Shown one piece after another: positions 45,809 to 54,191 of a DNA stretch of 64,000 nucleotides (within the stretch, counting starts at the first letter, position 1; each line of letters opens with the position of its first letter). A program made the translations under genes and the position numbers. The stretch comes from an uncultured Gemmatimonadales bacterium (GTDB lineage: Bacteria; Gemmatimonadota; Gemmatimonadetes; Gemmatimonadales; GWC2-71-9), in NCBI GenBank assembly GCA_963748815.1, contig CAVVKJ010000006.1, positions 65,728-129,727 of the forward strand, in the 5' to 3' direction. A model generated the notes under the pieces. The model worked only from the letters and a program-made list of their open reading frames with translations. It did no database searches and had not been told where the DNA came from.

Positions 45809-46804
45809 ATGTCACTCGCGCGTCGCACGCTGACAGCGATGGTCGCCCTCGCCGGCACCGCCATTCCGCTTGCGGCACAGAGCCCGGGTCCCGTCGTCGT
45901 CGAATTCGTCATCCCCCGCCCGGGGAACTTTCCGCACGACCCCGCCGTCGGCTCCGACGGCATCGTCTGGTACACCGACCAGACCAACAGCTACATCGGC
46001 CGCCTCGACCCTGTGACCGGGAAGTTCACCGACTTTGCCACGCCCACGCCGGAATCGGGGCCCCACGGCATCACCGTGGCCGCCGACGGTTCCGTGTGGT
46101 ACACCGCGCAGCGGACCGGCCTCCTCGGGCGACTCAACCCGAAGGACGGCTCGATCGATGAGTTCCCCCTCCCCTATGCAACGCGCAATCCCCACACCCC
46201 CATCGCGTACAAGGGCGTCATCTGGTACACCGACGCCAACAACAACACCTACGGCCGACTCGACCCCGCCACCGGCAAGGTGGACGTCTGGACGATCCCG
46301 ACGCCGAACACCCAACCCTACGGGATCTTCGCGGCCCCCGACGGCAGCATCTGGATCGCCCAGCTCAACACCAACCAGCTCGGCCGGGTCGATCCAACCA
46401 CCGGGGCGCTCCGCGAGTATCCGCTCCCGGACCCCGCGGCGCGGCCACGACGTTTGACCACCACGCCCGACGGCACCGTGTGGTACACCGACTACGCCCG
46501 CGGGTACCTGGGCGCGCTCGACCCCGCGACGGGCAAGGTGCGCGAGTGGCCAAGTCCGGGCGGCGGAAACTCCGGGCCATATGGGATCAGCACGGGCACG
46601 GACGGGCGGATCTGGTACGACGAGGCGAGGACGGGCGACATGGTGGCGTTCGATCCGAAGACCGGCAAGATGACCGTCGTGCCGATCCCCACGCCCGGGG
46701 CCATCGTCCGCCACATGGTGACGGACTGGGAGCGGGGGCGACTCTGGCTGGCGCTGAGTGGAACGGGCCGGATCGGGGAGATCGACCTGGGGAAGCCCCG
46801 CTAG
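45809..46804 (+). CDS. secreted beta-propeller protein of the Vgb (virginiamycin B lyase)-like repeat family
   Basis: Signal peptide present. Seven or so repeats of the form GPxGIxxxxDGxxWYTxxxxxxxGRLDPxTG, as in streptogramin lyase-type propellers. Confidence 0.7.
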   Translation: MSLARRTLTAMVALAGTAIPLAAQSPGPVVVEFVIPRPGNFPHDPAVGSDGIVWYTDQTNSYIGRLDPVTGKFTDFATPTPESGPHGITVAADGSVWYTAQRTGLLGRLNPKDGSIDEFPLPYATRNPHTPIAYKGVIWYTDANNNTYGRLDPATGKVDVWTIPTPNTQPYGIFAAPDGSIWIAQLNTNQLGRVDPTTGALREYPLPDPAARPRRLTTTPDGTVWYTDYARGYLGALDPATGKVREWPSPGGGNSGPYGISTGTDGRIWYDEARTGDMVAFDPKTGKMTVVPIPTPGAIVRHMVTDWERGRLWLALSGTGRIGEIDLGKPR

Positions 46805-46811
46805 GCGGGGC

Positions 46812-48917
46812 TCAGGGTGCGAGCAGTACCCGCCCGTCCACCGCCACCGCGCGATCGGGGAAGGCGAGGAGCGGGTTCACGTCGAGCTCGGCAATTTGCG
46901 GAAAGTCCTCCGCGAGCAGCGAGAGGCGGAGCAACACCTCTTCGATGGCGCGGCGATCGGCGGGGGGCGAGCCGCGGAGCGCGTCGAGCAGCTTGACCCC
47001 TCGAAGCCCGGCGATCATGTCGGCCGCTTCCCGCCGGTTGATCGGCGCGACCCGAAAGACCACGTCCCGCAGCACTTCCACGAAGATGCCGCCCAGCCCG
47101 AACATGACCAGCGGGCCGAAGGACCGATCCCGGGTCACGCCGGCGATGGTCTCGCGTCCGCCGGTCACCATCTGCTGAACCAGCACGCCGTGGATGTTCG
47201 CCGTCGGCACCGCCCGGCGCGCCGACGCGACGATCTCGTCGTAGGCCGCCCGGACGTCGGCGGCGCCTTCGACGCCCACCTTCACGCCGCCGACGTCCGT
47301 CTTGTGCACGATTTCCGGCGACACGATCTTCATCGCCACGGCACCACCCGCCTTCGCGGCGAGCGCCACCGCCTCGTCCGCATTCCGCGCCAGGTCCGCC
47401 GCGGCCGTGGGAATCCCATAGGCCCGGAGCAGCGCGAGCGACTCGACCTCGCCCAGCCGTGACTGCCCCGCCGCCTGGGCGTCGGCGAGCAGCCGCGCCG
47501 CCGCGTCCCGGTCGACCTTCAGCTGCTCGATCGGCGGCACCGGCCGCTCCATCCACTCCCGCTGGCGGCAGAGCGCGGACAGCGCGCGCGCCGCCGATTC
47601 CGGGAAGATGTAGGCCGGCACCCCCACCTCGTGCAGCTCGGCCTTCCCCTGCGGCAGCCCTTCGCGTCCCATCAGCACCGCGAGTACCGGCTTGTCGGGA
47701 TGGGCGCCCGCCACCGACGCGATCGCCTCGGCCACGTCCGCCTGCTTGATCCCGAGCGGCGGGACGAAGATGGCCAGGGCGGAGTCGACGTTCGGGTCGT
47801 CGAGCAGCGCGTCGAGCGCCGCCCGGTAGCCCGGCGGGGTGGCGCTCGCAATCATGTCGAGCGGATTCCGCAGCGACGCTTCCTCGGGGAAGAGCGGCTT
47901 GAGCCGCGCCACGGTCTCCGGCGCGAGTTCCGGCAGTTCGACCGAGACCCGCTCCAGCGCGTCCGCCGCCAGGATGCCGGGCCCGCCCGAGTTCGTGACC
48001 ACGGCCGTCCGCCGCGACCGCGGCGTCCGGTCGTCCGAAAAGGCCATGGCCAGGTCGAAGAGCTCCTCCACCGTCTCCGCCCGGATCACCCCGGCCTGGG
48101 AGAGCATGGCGTCCACGAGCGTGTCGCTGGCGGCCAGCGCGCCGGTGTGCGACGAGGCGGCGCGGGCGCCGACCTTCGACCGGCCCGACTTCACCACGAT
48201 GATCGGCTTGGTGCGCGTGATGCGCCGCGCGATCTCGAGGAATTTCCGCGGGTTGCCGAAATTTTCGACGTACATCAGGACCACGCCGACCGAGGGGTCC
48301 TGCTCCCAGTGCAGCAGGAGGTCGTTGCCGCTCACGTCGGGCTTGTTGCCCATCGAGACGAACTGGTTGATCCCGATGCCGTATTCCTTGGCGTAGTCGA
48401 GGACGCTCAGCCCCATCGCGCCCGACTGCGACACAAACGCCGCACGGCCGAAGGGGGGCATGCTCGGCGCGAAGGTCGCGTTCATCGAGTAGGCAGGATC
48501 GGCGTTGAGCACGCCCATGCAGTTCGGCCCGACCATGCGCATGCCGTACGTCCGCACGATCTCCATCAGCTGGCGCTCGCGCTCCACGCCTTCACCGCCG
48601 ACTTCCCGGAACCCCGCCGAGATGACCGTCAGGCCCGGCACGCCCGCCTCGCCGCACTCGCGCGCGACGCCCAGCACGTGCTGCTTGGGGACCGTGATCA
48701 CCGCCATGTCCACCTTGTCGGGGACGGCGCCGATAGTCGGATACGTTTTGAGGGAGTGAATCGAGTCGGCCTTCGGGTTCACCGGGAAGACGGTCCCGGT
48801 GAACCCGTAGTCGACGAGGTTGGAAACGATCTCGTTCCCGATGGTGTTCGGGGTCCGCGAGGCCCCGATGACTGCCACGCGTCGCGGCCGAAGCACGCAA
48901 TCCAGGGACGCGGTCAC
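46812..48917 (-). CDS. ADP-forming acetyl-CoA synthetase family protein (CoA-binding + succinyl-CoA-ligase-like + ATP-grasp)
   Basis: RRVAVIGASRTPNTIGN CoA-binding N-terminus, MVGPNCMGV motif and a C-terminal ATP-grasp_5-like region. 701 aa. No GNAT domain is appended. Confidence 0.9.
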   Translation of the reverse strand: MTASLDCVLRPRRVAVIGASRTPNTIGNEIVSNLVDYGFTGTVFPVNPKADSIHSLKTYPTIGAVPDKVDMAVITVPKQHVLGVARECGEAGVPGLTVISAGFREVGGEGVERERQLMEIVRTYGMRMVGPNCMGVLNADPAYSMNATFAPSMPPFGRAAFVSQSGAMGLSVLDYAKEYGIGINQFVSMGNKPDVSGNDLLLHWEQDPSVGVVLMYVENFGNPRKFLEIARRITRTKPIIVVKSGRSKVGARAASSHTGALAASDTLVDAMLSQAGVIRAETVEELFDLAMAFSDDRTPRSRRTAVVTNSGGPGILAADALERVSVELPELAPETVARLKPLFPEEASLRNPLDMIASATPPGYRAALDALLDDPNVDSALAIFVPPLGIKQADVAEAIASVAGAHPDKPVLAVLMGREGLPQGKAELHEVGVPAYIFPESAARALSALCRQREWMERPVPPIEQLKVDRDAAARLLADAQAAGQSRLGEVESLALLRAYGIPTAAADLARNADEAVALAAKAGGAVAMKIVSPEIVHKTDVGGVKVGVEGAADVRAAYDEIVASARRAVPTANIHGVLVQQMVTGGRETIAGVTRDRSFGPLVMFGLGGIFVEVLRDVVFRVAPINRREAADMIAGLRGVKLLDALRGSPPADRRAIEEVLLRLSLLAEDFPQIAELDVNPLLAFPDRAVAVDGRVLLAP

Positions 48918-49427
48918 CTAGCGCCGGCGTGCGCCGCCACGGTCGTCGTCCCGGGGACGGGACTTCGCGCGCTCCGCCGCGTCCTTCGCGGCCTGCCGGA
49001 GCATTTCCTCGGGCGACTTCGGGTTGGCCCCGGGACGCGGCGCCCCCGACTTGAGGGTGATGGTGCCGTCGTCATTGCCGACCGTCAGCGGCCGACCGCC
49101 GCGGACTTCGTAGGCCCCGACCACGTCCTCACCCATGAATGCGGCGTTCTTGATCCGCTCGAGCAGCGCCTCGCGCGTCGGCAATCCCTCGCACGACGAC
49201 AGCGGCACGCCGCTCGCCGAGTTGACACGGATCACGACCGCGTACTTGGCGCCCGCCAGATCCTTGTTCGATCGGAGTTCGGTCCCCGCGGCCTCGCGCG
49301 CCCAGCGCAACGCCTCCTGCTCCTGCGCGTTCAGTCCTTCGCTCGAGTCCGTGCCGGACCCGCCGCGCTTGTCCTTACCGCGTCGGTTCTGCCGAAGGCG
49401 CTGCAAATACATCGGTTCGTCGCTCAC
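48918..49427 (-). CDS. hypothetical protein
   Basis: GTG 49427 is preceded by GGAGG 5 nt upstream. 169 aa with basic, low-complexity termini. The stop directly abuts the ACS start codon. No motif I recognise. ATG 49412 is an alternative start. Confidence 0.5.
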   Translation of the reverse strand: MSDEPMYLQRLRQNRRGKDKRGGSGTDSSEGLNAQEQEALRWAREAAGTELRSNKDLAGAKYAVVIRVNSASGVPLSSCEGLPTREALLERIKNAAFMGEDVVGAYEVRGGRPLTVGNDDGTITLKSGAPRPGANPKSPEEMLRQAAKDAAERAKSRPRDDDRGGARRR

Positions 49428-49712
49428 CCTGCCCTCCCTGCGCCTGAAGAATGCTGCTAGGTGGCGGCAGGATAAGCTGTTACCCCAAGAGACACAAGGA
49501 GTTGCGGGCCATTGAGCCACCCGATCTCTGCCCATTCACCCCGGCCCCCACCTGTTTCATCGCCGCGACAGCACTTGCACATCGCCGCAATAAATTGACA
49601 GCGCAAAATGCATACTATTGCAATTAAAGGAGTTATAACTGGCCTGAGTGTTGCTTGTATTGACGGTAGGGCAATTATTGTCGAGCGCCCGCCGTTTCTC
49701 ATTGGGGGCAGC

Positions 49713-51521
49713 ATGTACCGCATCCGACTCGTCACCGGCCAGGAGCAGGTCTACCCGTCGATCCAGGACCTCACCGCCGGCGTGCAGCGCGGCGAGGTCA
49801 CGGCCGACGCCGAGATCTATCACCAGCGCAGCGATCGCTGGCTCTCCATCGAGAGTCATCCGCACTACCGGATGGCGCTCGAGGGCGGCACGGCCACGCG
49901 GACATCACGCCTCAAGTTCACCCGCCCGTCGAGCCCCGCCTCCACGTCCGGAGTATTGCCGACCCCGGTGGCGCAGAAGCCCGACCAGGGCGACCTCGAA
50001 GAGCTCAACCGCCTGCTCGTCCTCCTCGACCCGCTCCCGACGCCCGCCCAGCGCGCAGAACCCGAGCCGCCGCCGGCGCATTCGCCCCCGGAATTGACGC
50101 TGGTTCGCCCGGAGCCGATGGAACAGCCGGTCGCCTCCGACAACCCGGAGCCGGTGTTCGGGACGATGCTGCGGCTCGAGGATCTCGAGTTGGCCCCGGC
50201 CGCTGAGCCGGATGACGCCGAAATACTCTCGATGGAAGTAATCCGGGACGCGCGAGTCCTGAGCGACGAAGCCGAAGCCGTCGTGGAGCCGGCTCCCCCT
50301 GTCGAGGCGTCCGTAGAGCCGATCGAGGTGATCGCGCCCTCCGACCTCGGCCTGCCAATCGAGATCCATCTCGATGAAATTCCGGTCCCGTTAGAGGCCG
50401 AACCAGTTGCAGCGACCGAAGCCGTTGCCGAGGCCGACGCGCTCGTGCGGAAGGAGGATCTCCCCCCGGTAGACGAAGAGCCGGAGGCTGACCCGGCGCC
50501 CTTCGCCGTGGCCGCCCTCGCGCCGACGGTGGAATTCGGCACGGTGGCCCAGTCCGGCGGGGCAGCCGAAGCCGCCGTTCCTGCCCGCCGACGGTTCAGC
50601 CCGATGCTGTACGTCGCGGCAGCAGCGATTGTCGCCGCCGCCATCTTCGCGTTCACCTCGGGCGGTTCCGACGCGGAGCAGAGCATGGTGACCCTCGCGT
50701 CGGCCACAGCCCCCGCGGCCGCCGCCGCGCCGCTCACCTCGATCGACTCCGGCCTGGCCGCCCCGACTCCTGCGGCCTCCGGTGTCGGGTTTCCCGTCCC
50801 GGCAACGTCCACGGCATCATCGCCCGCCGCCCCGCCGCGCGACAGCGGTGTCTCCGGCGGAGTCCTGCCAAGCGCCCCGCAGATCGACCTGCCGAGTGGC
50901 GGGGCCGCTGAAGTGAGCGCGGGCACCGCCGCGACGCGGGACCATTCGGGCGCCGGGGCCGAACTGGCGAAGGGGTACTCCCGCGCCTACGCCCTGCTCG
51001 ACGGCGACTTCTCGACCCAGATGGACCGCAGCGGCCTGGTCCGCCTCTTCAGCCAGACCCAGCTGACCACGAGTGACGGCCTCGCCGGCGCGCGCCGCGC
51101 GCTCGATGCGGCCGCGACCGCGGTACGCCAATACCATGTTCGGGAAGGGGCCATCGAGAAGGCCTACCAGGACTCCGCCCGCGCGCTGGAGCGCAACGGC
51201 GCCTCAGCATCCGACCTCCGCGACTGGATCACGCACGTGTCGCTGAAGGAGTCCAAGGAAGCCGCGGACGAGGGCGCGCGGCTCATCGGCCAGATCGACG
51301 CGGTCTTCGCGCTGCTGCAGGCCCAATCCGGCCGGTACCGGATCGACGGCGCCACCGTGCGGTTCGACAATGCCGACGCCGGGGCGCGCTATGCCGAGTT
51401 GCAGGGCTGGATTACCCGGCGCCTCGAACACTGGGCGGGCCAGCCTGCCTCGTCGGTGCCGACGACCGTCCGACCACTCCTCGAAGGGATCGGGCTCACC
51501 CGACTCCCCATCTCCCGCTGA
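49713..51521 (+). CDS. hypothetical single-pass membrane protein with GYF_2/DUF4339-like N-terminus and acidic Pro-rich linker
   Basis: ATG 49713. The upstream part of the track ORF uses A/T-ending codons atypical for this genome. MYRIRLVTGQEQVYPSIQDLTAGVQRGEVTADAEIYHQRSDRWLSI resembles GYF_2. There is a long E/P/A-rich segment, one TM (MLYVAAAAIVAAAIFAF) and a C-terminal helical domain of about 190 aa. Confidence 0.6.
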   Translation: MYRIRLVTGQEQVYPSIQDLTAGVQRGEVTADAEIYHQRSDRWLSIESHPHYRMALEGGTATRTSRLKFTRPSSPASTSGVLPTPVAQKPDQGDLEELNRLLVLLDPLPTPAQRAEPEPPPAHSPPELTLVRPEPMEQPVASDNPEPVFGTMLRLEDLELAPAAEPDDAEILSMEVIRDARVLSDEAEAVVEPAPPVEASVEPIEVIAPSDLGLPIEIHLDEIPVPLEAEPVAATEAVAEADALVRKEDLPPVDEEPEADPAPFAVAALAPTVEFGTVAQSGGAAEAAVPARRRFSPMLYVAAAAIVAAAIFAFTSGGSDAEQSMVTLASATAPAAAAAPLTSIDSGLAAPTPAASGVGFPVPATSTASSPAAPPRDSGVSGGVLPSAPQIDLPSGGAAEVSAGTAATRDHSGAGAELAKGYSRAYALLDGDFSTQMDRSGLVRLFSQTQLTTSDGLAGARRALDAAATAVRQYHVREGAIEKAYQDSARALERNGASASDLRDWITHVSLKESKEAADEGARLIGQIDAVFALLQAQSGRYRIDGATVRFDNADAGARYAELQGWITRRLEHWAGQPASSVPTTVRPLLEGIGLTRLPISR

Positions 51522-51556
51522 CACGACGGCCGCCTCCGGGCGGCCGCTTCGTTTCC

Positions 51557-51593
51557 CTCCCGACTCTTGCGCCCCGGAGTCCGGGAGGTTTTT
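51557..51593 (+). terminator. rho-independent terminator candidate
   Basis: CTCCCGACTC...GAGTCCGGGAG stem with one bulge, followed by GTTTTTA. A GGCCGCC-TCCG-GGCGGCC hairpin precedes it at about 51528-51545. Confidence 0.5.
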
Positions 51594-51635
51594 ATCAGGG
51601 GTTACAACGGACGTAACCCGTTACAGGAGATTGTG

Positions 51636-52559
51636 ATGCGCATCACGTTCCAGCCCCGCGTGGTGGGATTTCTGGCTCTGGCGGCTCTGACTCTGAGCGC
51701 CTGCACATCCCCCGCCGAAAAGAAGAAGCAGCAGGACGAGCTCCAAATGCAGCTGGATCAGGTGACAGCCCTCTCGGCGGAAAAGGACACGCTGCTGCAG
51801 GCCGTGGCCGAGAATGCGCGTCTGATGAACGAGATCAACGCCGAGATGGCGAAGGTCAAGGATCTCAAGGCGGGCGTCTCGCCGGTGGTGGGGTCGGAAG
51901 GCGGCCAGCAGCCGGAGGCCGACCAGCGCGCCATCGTCCTGGCGCGGGTCAAGGAAATGACTGAGCGGCTGAACGACGCGGAGACGCGGCTCGCGGCGAG
52001 CCAGGCACGCATCCGCCGGCTCAACAAGCAGGGCGACAGCCTGAAGACCGACCTCTCGTCGCTCGAAACGGCCGTCGCCGAGTACCAGCAGATGATCGCG
52101 ACCCAGCGGGTCGAGATCGCCACGATGAGCGAGCAGCTCGCCACCAGCCAGCAGGAAGTGGCCGCGCTCTCGGTCGAGAAGAAGGAACTCATCGACACTG
52201 TCACGGCCATCACCGACCGCAGCAACACGGTGTACTACGTGATCGGCACGAAGGACTCGCTCAAGGCCAAGGGGATCATCGTCGAGGAGGGTGGATCGAA
52301 GATCCTCTTCTTCGGCAGCAAGGCCATGCAGCCCGCCCGGGTGCTGAACGAGGCCGACTTCACCGCCGTCGACCGGCGGGTGGTCATGGAAATTCCGTCG
52401 CCGATGACGACCGAGCGGTACAAGATCGTGTCGCGGCAGAACACCGACTACATCGAAAACAAGCCGGATTCGAAGGGCCGGGTCACCGGCGGCGTGAAGA
52501 TCGCCTCGCCCGAAGGCTTCTGGGCGCCGTCGAAGTTCTTGATCCTCGTCATCGACTGA
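51636..52559 (+). CDS. coiled-coil lipoprotein, function unknown
   Basis: ATG 51636 is preceded by AGGAG. Lipobox LTLSAC. A heptad-rich, Q/E/L-rich segment of about 170 aa is followed by a globular C-terminal domain of about 100 aa. Confidence 0.7.
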   Translation: MRITFQPRVVGFLALAALTLSACTSPAEKKKQQDELQMQLDQVTALSAEKDTLLQAVAENARLMNEINAEMAKVKDLKAGVSPVVGSEGGQQPEADQRAIVLARVKEMTERLNDAETRLAASQARIRRLNKQGDSLKTDLSSLETAVAEYQQMIATQRVEIATMSEQLATSQQEVAALSVEKKELIDTVTAITDRSNTVYYVIGTKDSLKAKGIIVEEGGSKILFFGSKAMQPARVLNEADFTAVDRRVVMEIPSPMTTERYKIVSRQNTDYIENKPDSKGRVTGGVKIASPEGFWAPSKFLILVID

Positions 52560-52634
52560 CCGGACGCCATCGGGCGTCCCGGGCACGACGGGGCGCGGTC
52601 GGGGCACAGCCCCGATCGCGCCCCGTTCGCGTTC

Positions 52635-53396
52635 CTACTTTTCCAACAGCAACCGGCGTCGCTTGGGCGGGACCCACGAGGCCGGCAGGGCAGCGACCCC
52701 CTGCTGGATCGCGGCCACCGCCTCGTCGAGCGAGTCGGTCACCGTGAGGAGATCGAGGTCCCCCGGGCCCACCATGCCCCTCGCCGCCAGCGTGTCCCGC
52801 AGGAATTCGCACAACGGCCGCCAGTACTCCGTTCCCATCAAGACCACGGGAAACGCCGCAATCTTTCCCGTCTGGACCAGCGTGAGCGATTCGAACAGCT
52901 CATCCAGGGTGCCGAACCCCCCGGGCAGCACGACGAACGCGACGCTGTACTTGACCAGCATCACCTTGCGGACAAAGAAGTACCGGAAGGTGATGAACCG
53001 GTCCACGTACGGGTTCGGATGCTGCTCGTGCGGAAGTTCGATGTTGCAGCCGATGGAGCGGCCCCCCGCCTCGTGCGCCCCGCGGTTCGCTGCCTCCATG
53101 ATGCCGGGACCGCCGCCAGTCATCACGGTATACCCCAGCTCCGCCACCCGGGCCCCCATGGCGCGGGCCAGCTGGTAGTGGGGGTCGTCCTCGGCGACCC
53201 GGGCCGACCCGAAGACCGTCACGCACGGCCCGACGAAGTGGAGCGCGCGGAACCCGCGCAGGAACTCCGCCGCGATGCGGCCCAGCCGGGCCAGTTCGCT
53301 GAGCCGGGAGCCCGGCCCGGCCAGCCAGTCGCGGATCTCGGGGAGGCCGGGCCCGGTCGGCCAGGGGCCATTGAATGGTTCGTTGGGGTCGGTCAT
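52635..53396 (-). CDS. LOG-family (TIGR00730) nucleotide 5'-monophosphate nucleosidase
   Basis: ATG 53396. Motifs are VFGSAR, GGGPGIMEAANRGA and PGGFGTLDELFE (the PGGxGTxxE LOG signature). Confidence 0.9.
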   Translation of the reverse strand: MTDPNEPFNGPWPTGPGLPEIRDWLAGPGSRLSELARLGRIAAEFLRGFRALHFVGPCVTVFGSARVAEDDPHYQLARAMGARVAELGYTVMTGGGPGIMEAANRGAHEAGGRSIGCNIELPHEQHPNPYVDRFITFRYFFVRKVMLVKYSVAFVVLPGGFGTLDELFESLTLVQTGKIAAFPVVLMGTEYWRPLCEFLRDTLAARGMVGPGDLDLLTVTDSLDEAVAAIQQGVAALPASWVPPKRRRLLLEK

Positions 53397-53536
53397 CCCG
53401 ACAATCTCCCATGGGGCCGCCCCCCGGCGCAAACCGCGGGCCCCTCCTCCATCCCCGCCTCCCGGTGTATCTTGTGGCCCGGCAGCACGGCCCGCCGACC
53501 GGGCCGGCACACTCCAACGCAGGGAACGCAGATCTC

Positions 53537-54094
53537 ATGAAGGCAACCGATGTCCGCAAGGGCCACGTCATCCTGATCGAGGGGCAGCCGTGCCGCGTGA
53601 TGGATTTCACGCACCGCACCCCCGGCAACCTCCGCGCGTTCGTGCAGGTGCGGTTTCGGAACCTGATTTCCGGCAACACCTTCGACACCCGCCTCAACGC
53701 CTCGGACTTCGTCGATCAGGCCCGGCTCGACACCAAGGAAATGCAGGTGCTCTACCAGGACGGCCAGGGCACCCACATCATGGACCAGGACACGTACGAC
53801 CAGGTCACGCTGGACCAGGAAGTGACCGGCGACATGACCCCCTGGCTCCAGCCCGAGATGAAGTTCATGGTCGAGTGGCTCGGCGGAAAGCCGATCGCCA
53901 TCAACCTGCCGACCACCATCGAGCTCGAGGTGGTCGAAACGGCGCCGGCCATGAAGACCGCCACCAAGAACGCAAGCAGCAAGCCGGCGGTGCTCAGCAA
54001 CGGTGTCACCGTCAACGTCCCCGAATTCGTGAACCAGGGCGAGCGGGTCCGCGTCAATCCGAACACCGGCGAATACCTCGAGCGCGCCAAGTAG
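53537..54094 (+). CDS. efp: elongation factor P
   Basis: ATG 53537. 185 aa. It aligns without gaps to the N-terminal region of E. coli EF-P as I recall it. The C-terminal motif VPEFVNQGERVRVNPNTGEYLERA matches. The loop reads TPGNLRAF instead of KPGKGQAF. Confidence 0.95.
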   Translation: MKATDVRKGHVILIEGQPCRVMDFTHRTPGNLRAFVQVRFRNLISGNTFDTRLNASDFVDQARLDTKEMQVLYQDGQGTHIMDQDTYDQVTLDQEVTGDMTPWLQPEMKFMVEWLGGKPIAINLPTTIELEVVETAPAMKTATKNASSKPAVLSNGVTVNVPEFVNQGERVRVNPNTGEYLERAK

Positions 54095-54120
54095 GCGCCC
54101 GCCCCGCGGTCGTTCGCTTC

Positions 54121-54156
54121 GAAGGCCTCGCACCCCGGTGCGGGGCCTTCTATCTT
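54121..54156 (+). terminator. rho-independent terminator candidate after efp
   Basis: GAAGGCCTCGCACC-CCGG-TGCGGGGCCTTC hairpin, about 13 bp including one G-U pair, followed by TATCTT. Confidence 0.55.
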
Positions 54157-54191
54157 GAGGGACCTCCCCCTCCCGACACCGGAGCCTCCGC

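Noticed and set aside
49451-49626. A 57-codon plus-strand ORF (MLLGGGRISCYPKRHKELRAIEPPDL...) and the ATG 49608 extension of the GYF-like gene, both inside the AT-rich spacer.
   Set aside because: Many codons end in A/T (ATA, AGA, AAA, AAT, TAT, GCA, ACA), unlike every convincing gene here. There is no SD. These are most likely non-coding promoter DNA.
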